From a virus, in IMG/VR virus record IMGVR_UViG_3300045988_092202: DNA of 41,846 nucleotides; one strand, written 5' to 3'. This document shows, piece by piece, positions 8,688 to 16,611 of this stretch. How positions within the stretch are numbered: position 1 is the stretch's first letter; the number at the start of each line of letters is the position of its first letter. Under the pieces are notes generated by a model. That model was not told where the DNA came from. It did not search any database and saw nothing but the letters and a program-made list of their open reading frames with translations. The translations under genes were made by a program, and so were the position numbers.

Positions 8688-9163
8688 TACTCAGCCCTGC
8701 CCCCTTCTCTCGCCCGCTTCAGCTGGGCAACGGGATCATAGTCAAAGATATTCGCAAGGCCGCTTGCAAAATCATTCACACGGGAGGCCGCTTTCTGGGC
8801 TTCCTGATAGTCAAGCTGCAAATCAGCGCAGGCCTTTTTCAGCTCCTCCATTTGCTTTGCCAGCGCAAACACACAATCCTCCGTGCAGGCAGCGTCCTTT
8901 TTTACAGAATCCATTTCTACACGAAAATCAAATGTTGCTTTTTTAAGACCTACATCAACGTCCTTCAAAGCGTCTCTCAGTTTGGAAACCGATTCTGTCA
9001 TATCCTCGAATTGACAATGCACGGAATCCAGGCTGGATTCCAGAAGACTGCACATAGCGGTAAACCGCTGGTCAATGCGCTTTTTCTGATACAGGAACAG
9101 AGAGAAATCTACAACAGCGGTCAAAAGCGCAAACCCGCCGAGAATGAGAAGGGCAATAATCAT
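8687..9163 (-). CDS. Membrane-anchored coiled-coil protein (158 aa)
   Basis: N-terminal TM segment (MIIALLILGGFALLTAVVDFSLFLY) followed by a helical region. GGAGGT RBS. Confidence 0.65.
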   Translation of the reverse strand: MIIALLILGGFALLTAVVDFSLFLYQKKRIDQRFTAMCSLLESSLDSVHCQFEDMTESVSKLRDALKDVDVGLKKATFDFRVEMDSVKKDAACTEDCVFALAKQMEELKKACADLQLDYQEAQKAASRVNDFASGLANIFDYDPVAQLKRAREGGRAE

Positions 9164-9183
9164 TTGTACCTCCGTATCCGTTG

Positions 9184-9207
9184 CCGGGAGGGGGAAGCCC
9201 CTCCCGG
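9184..9207 (-). terminator. GC stem-loop after the capsid gene (attenuator-like)
   Basis: CCGGGAGGGG-GAAG-CCCCTCCCGG, a perfect 10-bp stem with no clear U-tract. Confidence 0.4.
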
Positions 9208-9218
9208 GTGTGTGTGAA

Positions 9219-10298
9219 TCAGGTAATCACATCTTTCGTAGCGGCACTCATGTACTTTCCATCCGCTTTCGCACAGCAGCGGAAAATGTCGCCAGGCGCA
9301 ACGGTCACAGCAGAACTGTACACCTTTGCTTCGGCAGAAGCATAGCGGGGGTCAGAGCCGTCAAGGGTGTAGTAAACAACACCGCTGGAGCTGTCCGTAA
9401 CCGTCGCCTTTCCGCTGGAAATGGATACAGACGGAGTAGGAGTGACGCTATCCTTCTTGCAGGCCACCGCCGCACCGGCACACAGAGAGGGCAGCACGAA
9501 AGCGTCGAACTTGCACCGGAACTGGAAGCGGTCGCCGTCCATGTTCTCAGAATCCTTGATGCCGCGCATAAGGTTAATCTTTTCGGGGGCGATGATGCTA
9601 TTTTTTGCAAAAATCGCAAAGTAGCAGTCATCCGGGAAGAACCGGGTCGGCACAGGCTTGACAACAAGGCCGTCAAACATCTTGATCTTGCCATTGGGGA
9701 TGGACTTTCCACCCAGAGAATCCAGTTCCACCCACTCGGTAGAGAGTTTCAGGACTTTCAGATAAGCTCTGGGGATGAACAGAGTGCCGGAATCATCCGG
9801 AACGCCCTCTTCGATCATTGCGGTATGCAGGTCAATGATCTGTTCCGCAATGGTGCTCTTGCCGGGTGCTGCCGCCAGAGCGGTATGAATGCCCGCCTCC
9901 GTGCACCACTTCTTCAGGCGGTACTTTTCCTTGAAAGGACGAATTTCCTTGTCGGTATACGCCTTCATAATGGCACCGGCCTTCTTGATGAAGAACTGTG
10001 CGTCATTATTGCCGCGGTCAACCGTCCGATCAAAGGAAATGTCCTGGGTCAGCTTGAATGCGTATCTGTAGTCGCCAACCTCGGTAGGAGTACCGAATCG
10101 GGAGCCGGTAGAGGGGTCTTGCTTCTTGTTGTAGTTGTTGACGGGAGACGTAGCGACTTCGTAAACATATACCATGTCGCTGCCGTTGAACTCAGCGTTC
10201 AGCGCATTGTTATATGCGCCCTCCGTAACAGATTTCAGGCTGTAGTATTCAGAAAGAGCCTTTCTGAACTCTTCGCCAAAGTGAATGGTTTCAGCCAT
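9219..10298 (-). CDS. Major capsid protein with a C-terminal Ig-like/CHB_HEX_C-like decoration domain
   Basis: 359 aa directly after the scaffold gene, with a strong RBS. The C-terminal YYTLDGSDP...Y motif is typical of chitobiase-C-like Ig domains. Confidence 0.8.
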   Translation of the reverse strand: MAETIHFGEEFRKALSEYYSLKSVTEGAYNNALNAEFNGSDMVYVYEVATSPVNNYNKKQDPSTGSRFGTPTEVGDYRYAFKLTQDISFDRTVDRGNNDAQFFIKKAGAIMKAYTDKEIRPFKEKYRLKKWCTEAGIHTALAAAPGKSTIAEQIIDLHTAMIEEGVPDDSGTLFIPRAYLKVLKLSTEWVELDSLGGKSIPNGKIKMFDGLVVKPVPTRFFPDDCYFAIFAKNSIIAPEKINLMRGIKDSENMDGDRFQFRCKFDAFVLPSLCAGAAVACKKDSVTPTPSVSISSGKATVTDSSSGVVYYTLDGSDPRYASAEAKVYSSAVTVAPGDIFRCCAKADGKYMSAATKDVIT

Positions 10299-10328
10299 AT
10301 ATTATTTTTTCTCCTTTCGTTAATTGGT

Positions 10329-11240
10329 TTATCCGAATAGCGCACGTCGGAAAGAATCAATTTCACTGTGCGTTGCTTTTCCGCCGGAATCCTGCTGACT
10401 GCCGGGAGAACTGCGGCGGTTCTTGGCATTTTTCTGCTCTGCGGCGAGTTTGCGTTCCAGTTCGGCGATCCTTTCCGCCTGCTGGCTGCGCTCCATCTTT
10501 CGGTAGGCCGCACTTAACGGCATACCTCCCTGAACATCCGGAAGCAGCTTATCAACCAGTTCATCGGTCAGCTCCACATCCGGGTATTCCTTGCGGAACT
10601 CCTCCACTTCCCGCTGCGCCCGGTTCTGGTCTTCGGATTCCTGCTTCTGCTCCTCGGCCTGCTTGGCCTTGGTAGCGGCAAGTTCCTTTTCCAGGCTGGC
10701 ATTCTTCAGCTCTGCCCTGGCTGCGTCCTCAGAGCCGCCCTGGCTCTTTCGGAAGTTCACATACAGGTTTTCGGTCAGCTGGCTCAGGTCTCCGCCGTCT
10801 TTGCCGGCGATCATCTGAAGCACGTCCAAAATAGCCTGCTGCTTGTCCAGCTTCCCTTGCAGGTCGGAAATGGTGCTCTCCCGCTCTTCTACCTGTCCCT
10901 TTACCCGGTCATAGTCCGCCCCCTTCTGAGCAAGGGCGGTCATTTCCTCAAGAGAGACGTTCCGTTCCTCTTTGTTGACCTTGAGGGTGTAGGTCTGGGC
11001 GGGTTCGCTGTCGGGCTTCTGACTGCCCTCTGTTCCGTCTTTGCCGTTGCCTTTGTCTTCGCCTTCCGGCTTCGGTTCCTCCCCGCTGGCCTGGCTGGGT
11101 TCGCCGCCGTCGGCATCGTCATTGACTTCGGGTGTTTCTTCGCTTCCCGAATCATTGGCTTCATCCGTTTCGGTATGGTATCCGTCATCACCAAATAAAG
11201 CGTCTCTGAATTCGTTCAGCTCAGTTCCTTCGTTCTCCAT
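10329..11240 (-). CDS. Scaffolding protein
   Basis: Acidic low-complexity N-terminus followed by a long charged coiled coil. It lies between terL and the capsid gene. Confidence 0.75.
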   Translation of the reverse strand: MENEGTELNEFRDALFGDDGYHTETDEANDSGSEETPEVNDDADGGEPSQASGEEPKPEGEDKGNGKDGTEGSQKPDSEPAQTYTLKVNKEERNVSLEEMTALAQKGADYDRVKGQVEERESTISDLQGKLDKQQAILDVLQMIAGKDGGDLSQLTENLYVNFRKSQGGSEDAARAELKNASLEKELAATKAKQAEEQKQESEDQNRAQREVEEFRKEYPDVELTDELVDKLLPDVQGGMPLSAAYRKMERSQQAERIAELERKLAAEQKNAKNRRSSPGSQQDSGGKATHSEIDSFRRALFG

Positions 11241-11310
11241 TGGTTGTACTCCTTTCGTTTCGGCTCTGGTAGGCCGTATATCTCAGCTCTGGTAGGCTGT
11301 AGATTATGTG

Positions 11311-12750
11311 TTAGCCCAGCATGTAGCTGCTGGAAACCCCGGTTCCGCACATGTAGCTGTAATAGTCCAAAGTGCTGTCGTCTTCTTCCTCGTCCGTCTC
11401 CGGTTCCTCGTTCCCGGCGGGGAGAGTGAAGGTCTGGGCAAAATACCGCAGAGCATCGGGGCCATGGGTGATTTCGTGGGGCTGCTTGGCTACGTCGTTC
11501 GGGTCTGTCTTGTCGTGCTGCAAGCATTTCAGGCTGTCGATCAGTGCCCCGCAGGTGGCGAAGATGATAAGTCCCGGCTTCCCGTCCTCCCGGATTTTCA
11601 GCATTTCCTTCAAGGCGTGCCAGCCCTGCTTCCGGTTATTGTCCGCCCGGTACAGAGCAAGGCCGCATTCCATGAAGGTGTTTGCCTGGGATTTTCCGTT
11701 TTCTCGGTTTCTTGCCCACAAATCCGGGGGCGCAATGGTGTAGTTTATCAGTTCATCGTGCCGGGTCAGCTCAAGCTGCATCCTGGCCGCCTCTGACACG
11801 ATCTGATCGGACATTTTATACTGCCGGTAGACGTAGCACCGCCCGTTGGGATCTTCCGCTACCCAGATACAGAAATGGCAGTCCAGGCCGTAGTCCATGG
11901 AGCGGTACTTGTTCCACTTCTCCGGAATCGGGAAGGGCTTGCAGGTGTGAATGCCATCCGTGAATTCCTCGAAGTACACGCCGCTCAGAGCGTTCCAGTC
12001 ACCGAACCGGTGTGCACGCCGCACGTCCTCCGGAAGCAAGTCCAGCTGCTCCACATAGTCCTTATTGATGTTCTTGTTGTCATCCACCGTAGCGGGAATG
12101 AAAACGTAATCATCCGGGTTCTCGGTTCCCCGGAAATCCCGGTCTACAAAAAGTCGTTTGACCCAAAAGTGGCCGACCGAACCTGGATTACAAGAAAGAT
12201 AGATTCTCTTCGGAAACTCGTTGTCGCCACGGACAATCGCCGCCAGACCTCGAAACTCGCTCTCCAGGAATTGTGTTGCCTCGTCAATGAAAAGCACGTC
12301 CCAGTTATTTCCCTGAAATTTTCCTTCGACTGCCGCTCCATAGTCCGGCATGTTGGAGAACTTGATCTTGCTTCCGTTTATCAGCGTCAGAAGGTGATCC
12401 GATTTATTGTACGAATACACCGATTCCGGGAGCAGCTTCAAGGCAGGCTGGATAATGGGGTTCTCAAGCTGGTCATACTCACGCCGGACAACAAGAATCT
12501 GGATTCCGGCGTAATTGAACGCAAGCAGCAGGAATTTCCGGACAATTGCCCAGGACTTGCCGCCGCCTCGCGCGCCGCCGTAGCAGGTGTACTTGCATGT
12601 GGAAAGGAAAAACTTCCACTGTGGTTCCGAGTTCGGAGCACCCAGGTCAACGATTATGCTGTTCTTTTCATCGTATTGTGCCCCTGCCGTCTTCCCCACC
12701 TCCTTGCAGACAAACAAAAAAGAGCCAAAGCAAATGTCTTTTTCAGACAT
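11311..12750 (-). CDS. terL: Terminase large subunit
   Basis: Walker A CYGGARGGGKS, Walker B VLFIDEA, and a C-terminal nuclease-like half. 479 aa. Confidence 0.92.
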   Translation of the reverse strand: MSEKDICFGSFLFVCKEVGKTAGAQYDEKNSIIVDLGAPNSEPQWKFFLSTCKYTCYGGARGGGKSWAIVRKFLLLAFNYAGIQILVVRREYDQLENPIIQPALKLLPESVYSYNKSDHLLTLINGSKIKFSNMPDYGAAVEGKFQGNNWDVLFIDEATQFLESEFRGLAAIVRGDNEFPKRIYLSCNPGSVGHFWVKRLFVDRDFRGTENPDDYVFIPATVDDNKNINKDYVEQLDLLPEDVRRAHRFGDWNALSGVYFEEFTDGIHTCKPFPIPEKWNKYRSMDYGLDCHFCIWVAEDPNGRCYVYRQYKMSDQIVSEAARMQLELTRHDELINYTIAPPDLWARNRENGKSQANTFMECGLALYRADNNRKQGWHALKEMLKIREDGKPGLIIFATCGALIDSLKCLQHDKTDPNDVAKQPHEITHGPDALRYFAQTFTLPAGNEEPETDEEEDDSTLDYYSYMCGTGVSSSYMLG

Positions 12751-12760
12751 TGCCCTGACT

Positions 12761-12913
12761 CTAAGCTCTGGCTTTGTAGCTTATCAGAAACGCTTCCCGA
12801 CACCTGTTGCAATACAGGGGGAAGTCTTTCAGCACCGTGGTAGGTGCTACCTTCGTGTTGGTCTTCTTTCCGCACTTCGGACAGATCAGAAAACCGTTTT
12901 TATTGACTTCCAT
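12761..12913 (-). CDS. Cysteine-rich KTR-domain protein (50 aa)
   Basis: Not in the ORF track. MEVNKNGFLICPKCGKKTNTKVAPTTVLKDFPLYCNRCREAFLISYKARA* matches the Cys_rich_KTR pattern CPxCxxKT...FPLxCxxC. RBS is GGGAGGGGAAT. Confidence 0.75.
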   Translation of the reverse strand: MEVNKNGFLICPKCGKKTNTKVAPTTVLKDFPLYCNRCREAFLISYKARA

Positions 12914-12936
12914 ATTCCCCTCCCATGTTTCAGAAT

Positions 12937-13028
12937 TGGCGGAGCAGGCAGGACTTGAACCTGCACACGGAAATCCATCCGTGAACGGGGTAGCAACCCG
13001 CCGCAGTACCTGTTATGCTTACTGCTCC
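12937..13028 (-). tRNA. tRNA-Ser (anticodon GCU), type II with a long variable arm
   Basis: Cloverleaf folded by hand: acceptor GGAGCAG/CTGCTCC, anticodon loop TTGCTAC, variable arm CACGGA-loop-TCCGTG, T arm GCAGG-TTCAAGT-CCTGC, then G-CCA. Confidence 0.85.
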
Positions 13029-13156
13029 GTATTGGACGGCGATCCAGAGGGGACTTTAACCCTGACCCTTGACCGATTTGGTGAAGCCTCGCTGTTCCAG
13101 CAGACCGCCGCCGTGTTGAGAGAAAGGAAACGCACCTTTGGCTGCATGATACAGCC

Positions 13157-13231
13157 TGGCACCGATGGCTGGGGTCGAACCAGCACCCGCCGGGTCAAAG
13201 CCCGGTGCACCGCCTGTTGTGCTACATCGGC
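13157..13231 (-). tRNA. tRNA-like gene with an aberrant 6-nt anticodon loop (UUG/Gln-like, or a pseudogene)
   Basis: The acceptor (GCCGATG/CATCGGT), D arm (GCAC-AACAGGCG-GTGC), T arm (GCTGG-TTCGACC-CCAGC) and G-CCA are all canonical. The anticodon arm, however, is CCGGG-CTTTGA-CCCGG. Confidence 0.6.
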
Positions 13232-13812
13232 ATATTTTCTTCTGTGCGGGATTTCAAATTCTCTTTTTTTGATTTTTTCAGGAGCCGGTTTCTATGCACC
13301 CCCGCCCCTTTTTCCGATACCCCCCTGCGCTTCTTTTTTCTCGTTACCGCTTATATAGTATTATTATAATATATATAATATAATACTTACTCTGTATAAG
13401 TAGATAGTAGATAATAACGTAGAAAGTATATTAACTGAGTTATATACTAAGTAATTACTTTTGAGTAGTATCCTACTATCTGAGTAGTAATTACTTGTAC
13501 TAATCACACCGAAGTTTTGAAAAACGGAGACCGGAGGGGGTCTTGGGGGTTCAAATCGTGCCCATGCGATATATATCTATACATACATAAGCGCATCCGC
13601 CCGTTTTTCCGCTTCCCCGTGGGGTGGGGATTGATTATCAAGCCCCTATCAATATACCCCACAAAAAAAATCTGAGCCGCCCTTATAGGCCAGCACCACC
13701 AGGGGCAGGCCATACCATAATAGCCCGTGCTGTCCGTCACCCGTGGAATTATGGCCAATCTGTAACATTGTCCGTCATAATGCCCAACAGATACCCCAAA
13801 ACCCCGGAATAA

Positions 13813-13840
13813 ACGCCACAAAATACTTATTTTGTTGCGT
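13813..13840 (-). terminator. Hairpin plus short U-tract immediately after terS
   Basis: Minus-sense ACGCAACAAAATA-loop-TATTTTGTGGCGT (one mismatch) followed by TTATTCC. Confidence 0.45.
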
Positions 13841-13853
13841 TCGCGGCTGATCG

Positions 13854-14261
13854 CTACTTGATGGCATCAATATAACGCCCGTCCCCGTTGCCAAACAGCA
13901 CCACGATAGGCGGCACGGCCTGCGCCTGCCCTGGCGGGGTGAAATAGTCCGTCCCTGCCTCCTTTGCCGCTATGGTGGCCTGATTGCGTCCCGTTGCCAG
14001 CGTCAAGGCGGCTACTTGGGTACGCATCCTGTCCAGCAGCACCGCCCGTCCGCTGTATGCGTTACTGCTGCTTTTGCCCCGCTGGTAGCACTCCCGCACC
14101 TCCGGGATGGAGTACCCGATGTAGGCGCAAAACATAGGCCATGTAACAATCCCGTGTGATCCGTCCGCGTAGTCCCGCAGAAAGGTATCAACCTTGCCTT
14201 TTAGCTCCTGCTCGGTCATGCAAAAAGCGATTGCGTAGCCGCTGTTTGCGTTGCCAGCCAT
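13854..14261 (-). CDS. terS: Terminase small subunit (135 aa)
   Basis: MAGNANSG...ELKGKVDTFLRDYADGS...WPMFCAYIGYSIPEVRECY is the typical Terminase_2-like N-terminal HTH pattern. ATG is at 14259-14261. Confidence 0.7.
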   Translation of the reverse strand: MAGNANSGYAIAFCMTEQELKGKVDTFLRDYADGSHGIVTWPMFCAYIGYSIPEVRECYQRGKSSSNAYSGRAVLLDRMRTQVAALTLATGRNQATIAAKEAGTDYFTPPGQAQAVPPIVVLFGNGDGRYIDAIK

Positions 14262-14570
14262 GGAAAACACCCCCAAAACCAGAACTTTTCCGTCTAAAAT
14301 GAATGGTAGCAAAGTTTTGCCCTGATGTCAAGCGGACTTGGCAAAAAAAGTTATATCGACCTGCGTTTTGTCTGCCGGTGCTGTGGTGTGCTGTCCTGCC
14401 CTGTGGGGCTTGCGTGTCGTGCCGTATATGCCACTGTGGGGCTGCTGGTTGACCTGTGCGGCCTATACAATATATAGGCAATGATTTACCATTTGGGCGG
14501 CATTTGCGCCGGCCTGGCGGACGCTCTGCGCCTCGCATGAAAATATTTTTGGGAAATGCGAAAAAAGGGC

Positions 14571-14599
14571 TTGACAAATGGGATATCCCATGATATAGT
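14571..14599 (+). promoter_or_regulatory. Near-consensus sigma-A promoter (TTGACA-17-TATAGT) with the palindrome TGGGATATCCCA in the spacer
   Basis: Read directly: -35 at 14571-14576 and -10 at 14594-14599. Confidence 0.7.
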
Positions 14600-14632
14600 G
14601 AAGCCATCCCAAAGGAAAGGAGGAAAAACAAA

Positions 14633-14776
14633 ATGACCATGCAGGAAGCATCCCGCATTATCTTAGGATTGCGCGCCGCTGGATGGACGGAGAAGGAAAT
14701 CAATGATTTCATCCTCTGGGTCGAAAGTGGAGACCCGCAATTCCGCCCAAAGTGCACTAAATCTGACGGGGAGTAA
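14633..14776 (+). CDS. Small protein (47 aa)
   Basis: AAAGGAAAGGAGGAAAAACAAA-ATG. Product: MTMQEASRIILGLRAAGWTEKEINDFILWVESGDPQFRPKCTKSDGE*. Confidence 0.6.
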   Translation: MTMQEASRIILGLRAAGWTEKEINDFILWVESGDPQFRPKCTKSDGE

Positions 14777-14822
14777 AAAGGTCGGGCCGGTTTTCCCGGC
14801 CCCGCCATAAAGGAGTGAAAAA

Positions 14823-14990
14823 ATGCCGGACAGTCAAGCGAAATCGTCCTGGGAAAAAGAAAATGTGCTAAAAGTCCTCGTAAAGGTCAATAGAAACCAG
14901 AACCCGCAATTATTTGATTTGCTGCAAAAAGCTGATAGTAAATCAGGTTTAGCCCGCGAACTTATGAATAGAGCAGTCAGCCAAAAATAG
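14823..14990 (+). CDS. Small protein (55 aa), possibly RHH-like
   Basis: AAAGGAGTGAAAAA-ATG. Product: MPDSQAKSSWEKENVLKVLVKVNRNQNPQLFDLLQKADSKSGLARELMNRAVSQK*. Confidence 0.55.
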   Translation: MPDSQAKSSWEKENVLKVLVKVNRNQNPQLFDLLQKADSKSGLARELMNRAVSQK

Positions 14991-14997
14991 AAAGCAA

Positions 14998-15029
14998 TCC
15001 CCCAGACCTTCCGGCCTGGGGGATTTTTT
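14998..15029. terminator. Bidirectional terminator shared by convergent genes
   Basis: TCCCCCAGACC-TTCC-GGCCTGGGGGA flanked by A-rich and T-rich runs. Confidence 0.7.
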
Positions 15030-15213
15030 ACGCTTCTTCGGCTTCCCGCCGCTTGCGCAGCGTGTCTAGTATATACTGTTGCACGCTTTGCCCCGCGTCC
15101 GCCGCCGCCTGGCGTATCTGCTGGCCTTCTTCTTTGGTCGGGCGGATCATGATGTTGTCCCGCCCCTTGTTATATTTGACGCTTGCCCTAGTGTGCGCTT
15201 CCGTCACTGCCAT
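15028..15213 (-). CDS. Ribbon-helix-helix (Arc/CopG-like) regulator (61 aa)
   Basis: MAVTEAHTRASVKYNKGRDNIMIRPTKEEGQQIRQAAADAGQSVQQYILDTLRKRR. ATG 15211-15213 follows GGAAGGATGTGATAGT. Confidence 0.7.
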   Translation of the reverse strand: MAVTEAHTRASVKYNKGRDNIMIRPTKEEGQQIRQAAADAGQSVQQYILDTLRKRREAEEA

Positions 15214-15235
15214 ACTATCACATCCTTCCGATACT

Positions 15236-15342
15236 ATAGTATCATGCGGCATCATAACCGTCAACGTACAAAATTCACATAATATAACCGTTAACATTGT
15301 GCAGCATTGCCACTGGACAATGTCAGTTAACGGTGCTATGAT
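15236..15342. promoter_or_regulatory. Divergent promoter/operator region: P(RHH) TTGACG-17-TACTAT on minus, P(J-domain) TGGACA-17-(TGc)TATGAT on plus, and three ACCGT(T/C)AAC boxes
   Basis: The boxes lie at 15257-15265, 15287-15295 and, inverted, 15326-15334. They overlap the minus -35 element and the plus spacer. Confidence 0.6.
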
Positions 15343-15392
15343 ATAGGCACAAAGCAAAACACCAAACAACAACAGATTTGGAGGATCACACC

Positions 15393-16346
15393 ATGAAATA
15401 CTTCACCACCTGTACCACCCTGGACGAGCTTAAGAAAGAATATCGCCGCTTGGCAATGGCCAACCACCCCGACCGGGGCGGCGGCGAGGCCACCATGAAG
15501 GCCATCAATGCCGAGTACGACGCGGTTTTCCCCGCCTTTAAGCTGGCCTATAACCGCACCGCCGAAACCCCCACCGCCGAGACCGCCCAGAGCACCCGCA
15601 GCGAGTTCTACACCGCCAACGGCTGGAAGGGCAGCAACTACGATTCCGCCCGCAGCTTAAAGGAGATCGCCCAGCTTGTCCGCCAGTTCATCAAGGAGCA
15701 GTTCCCCACCTATAAGTTCAGCGTCCGCACCTCCTACGCTTCCATGTGTCAGGAGCTCCACGTTGACCTGAAGGAAGCCCCCTGTAAGGTCTATAAGGAC
15801 TTTGAGGAGCTGACCGAGGAAGAAAAGAACACCGTCATTCGCAAGGCAGAGTATAATAGCGTTTTTGCCCCGACAAGCTGGACAGATGCCGGGCTGAAAG
15901 CCGAGTTTGAACGCATTTGGGAAACCAAAGGCAGCTTTTACCGGGTGCTCTCCGAACAGATTCAGGCCGCCGTGGAAGCGGTGGACGGCTATGTACAGTC
16001 TTACAATTTTGAGGATTGCGACGGCATGATCGATTATTTTCACGTCAATTTCTATTACTTCGGATGCGGAACGGATAACGTTCAGTTTGTCCCCAAAACC
16101 GCCCGGATCGCCAAACCCGCCGAGCCGAAGCCGGAAGAAAAGAAAGCCGATTCCCTCCGGGTGGTTTTCGTCCCTGAGTTTGACGGCGTAGAGGTTTATT
16201 TCCCCGGCAAGCCCGCCGAAGCCACCAGAACCGCCCTGAAAGCCGCCGGGTATCGCTGGCATAATAAAAAGCAATGCTGGTACGCCCGGAACACGGAGCA
16301 GCACTTGCAAGCCCTCCGGGCAATCGAAACCGGCCTGACCGCATAA
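15393..16346 (+). CDS. J-domain (DnaJ-like, HPD motif) protein with phage/conjugative-element-type C-terminal domains (317 aa)
   Basis: N-terminus: LDELKKEYRRLAMANHPDRGG...MKAINAEYD. C-terminus: VEVYFPGKPAEATRTALKAAGYRWHNKKQCWYA. RBS is TTGGAGGATCACACC. Confidence 0.85.
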   Translation: MKYFTTCTTLDELKKEYRRLAMANHPDRGGGEATMKAINAEYDAVFPAFKLAYNRTAETPTAETAQSTRSEFYTANGWKGSNYDSARSLKEIAQLVRQFIKEQFPTYKFSVRTSYASMCQELHVDLKEAPCKVYKDFEELTEEEKNTVIRKAEYNSVFAPTSWTDAGLKAEFERIWETKGSFYRVLSEQIQAAVEAVDGYVQSYNFEDCDGMIDYFHVNFYYFGCGTDNVQFVPKTARIAKPAEPKPEEKKADSLRVVFVPEFDGVEVYFPGKPAEATRTALKAAGYRWHNKKQCWYARNTEQHLQALRAIETGLTA

Positions 16347-16383
16347 GCGGGGCTTTCGTCCCCCATTGAAAGGAGATAAAACG

Positions 16384-16608
16384 ATGAAAAACTTTTGGAT
16401 TGCAGCAGATGTAGAGGCAAACGGAAAGTATTGTGCTTTTGCCTTTCCTGTTTCGGAAAACGAAAACTTGGTAAGAAGACTTCAGTTCAAACCGGGCAAT
16501 CTTTACAACGCCAATATCATGCCTAGCAAGAAAGCGGCCGTTGAAGTTGTCGCCGCCTGGAATGATGCACACAAGGCAAACGGGAATTACATGTTTGCGG
16601 AATCATAA
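16384..16608 (+). CDS. Hypothetical protein (74 aa)
   Basis: GAAAGGAGATAAAACG-ATG, with coding continuity after the J-domain gene. Confidence 0.6.
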   Translation: MKNFWIAADVEANGKYCAFAFPVSENENLVRRLQFKPGNLYNANIMPSKKAAVEVVAAWNDAHKANGNYMFAES

Positions 16609-16611
16609 AGC

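Noticed and set aside
13029-13156. A third tRNA, possibly tRNA-Sec-like or a TCA suppressor, between the two tRNA genes.
   Set aside because: A 10-bp terminal helix, a long-stem/short-loop D-like hairpin and a T-loop-like GGGTTAAAGTCCC are present. However, I could not form an anticodon arm, and the CTTCACC loop has no flanking stem. I left it as an unclassified structured spacer.
13540-13560. tRNA T-arm-like GGGGGTTCAAATC on the plus strand.
   Set aside because: There is no complementary 3' T-stem strand and no acceptor stem or other arms. It is probably a fortuitous or decayed fragment.
13504-13821. 105-aa minus-strand ORF in the terS-tRNA gap.
   Set aside because: The composition is Trp/Cys/Arg-rich, there is no Shine-Dalgarno site, and it overlaps strong hairpins. 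A non-coding (RNA or DNA element) interpretation is preferred.
14188-14808. 206-aa minus-strand ORF spanning the terS upstream region.
   Set aside because: It runs antisense through a consensus promoter and a well-signalled plus-strand small gene, overlaps terS, and has biased Arg/Pro/Gly composition typical of an off-frame GC-rich ORF.
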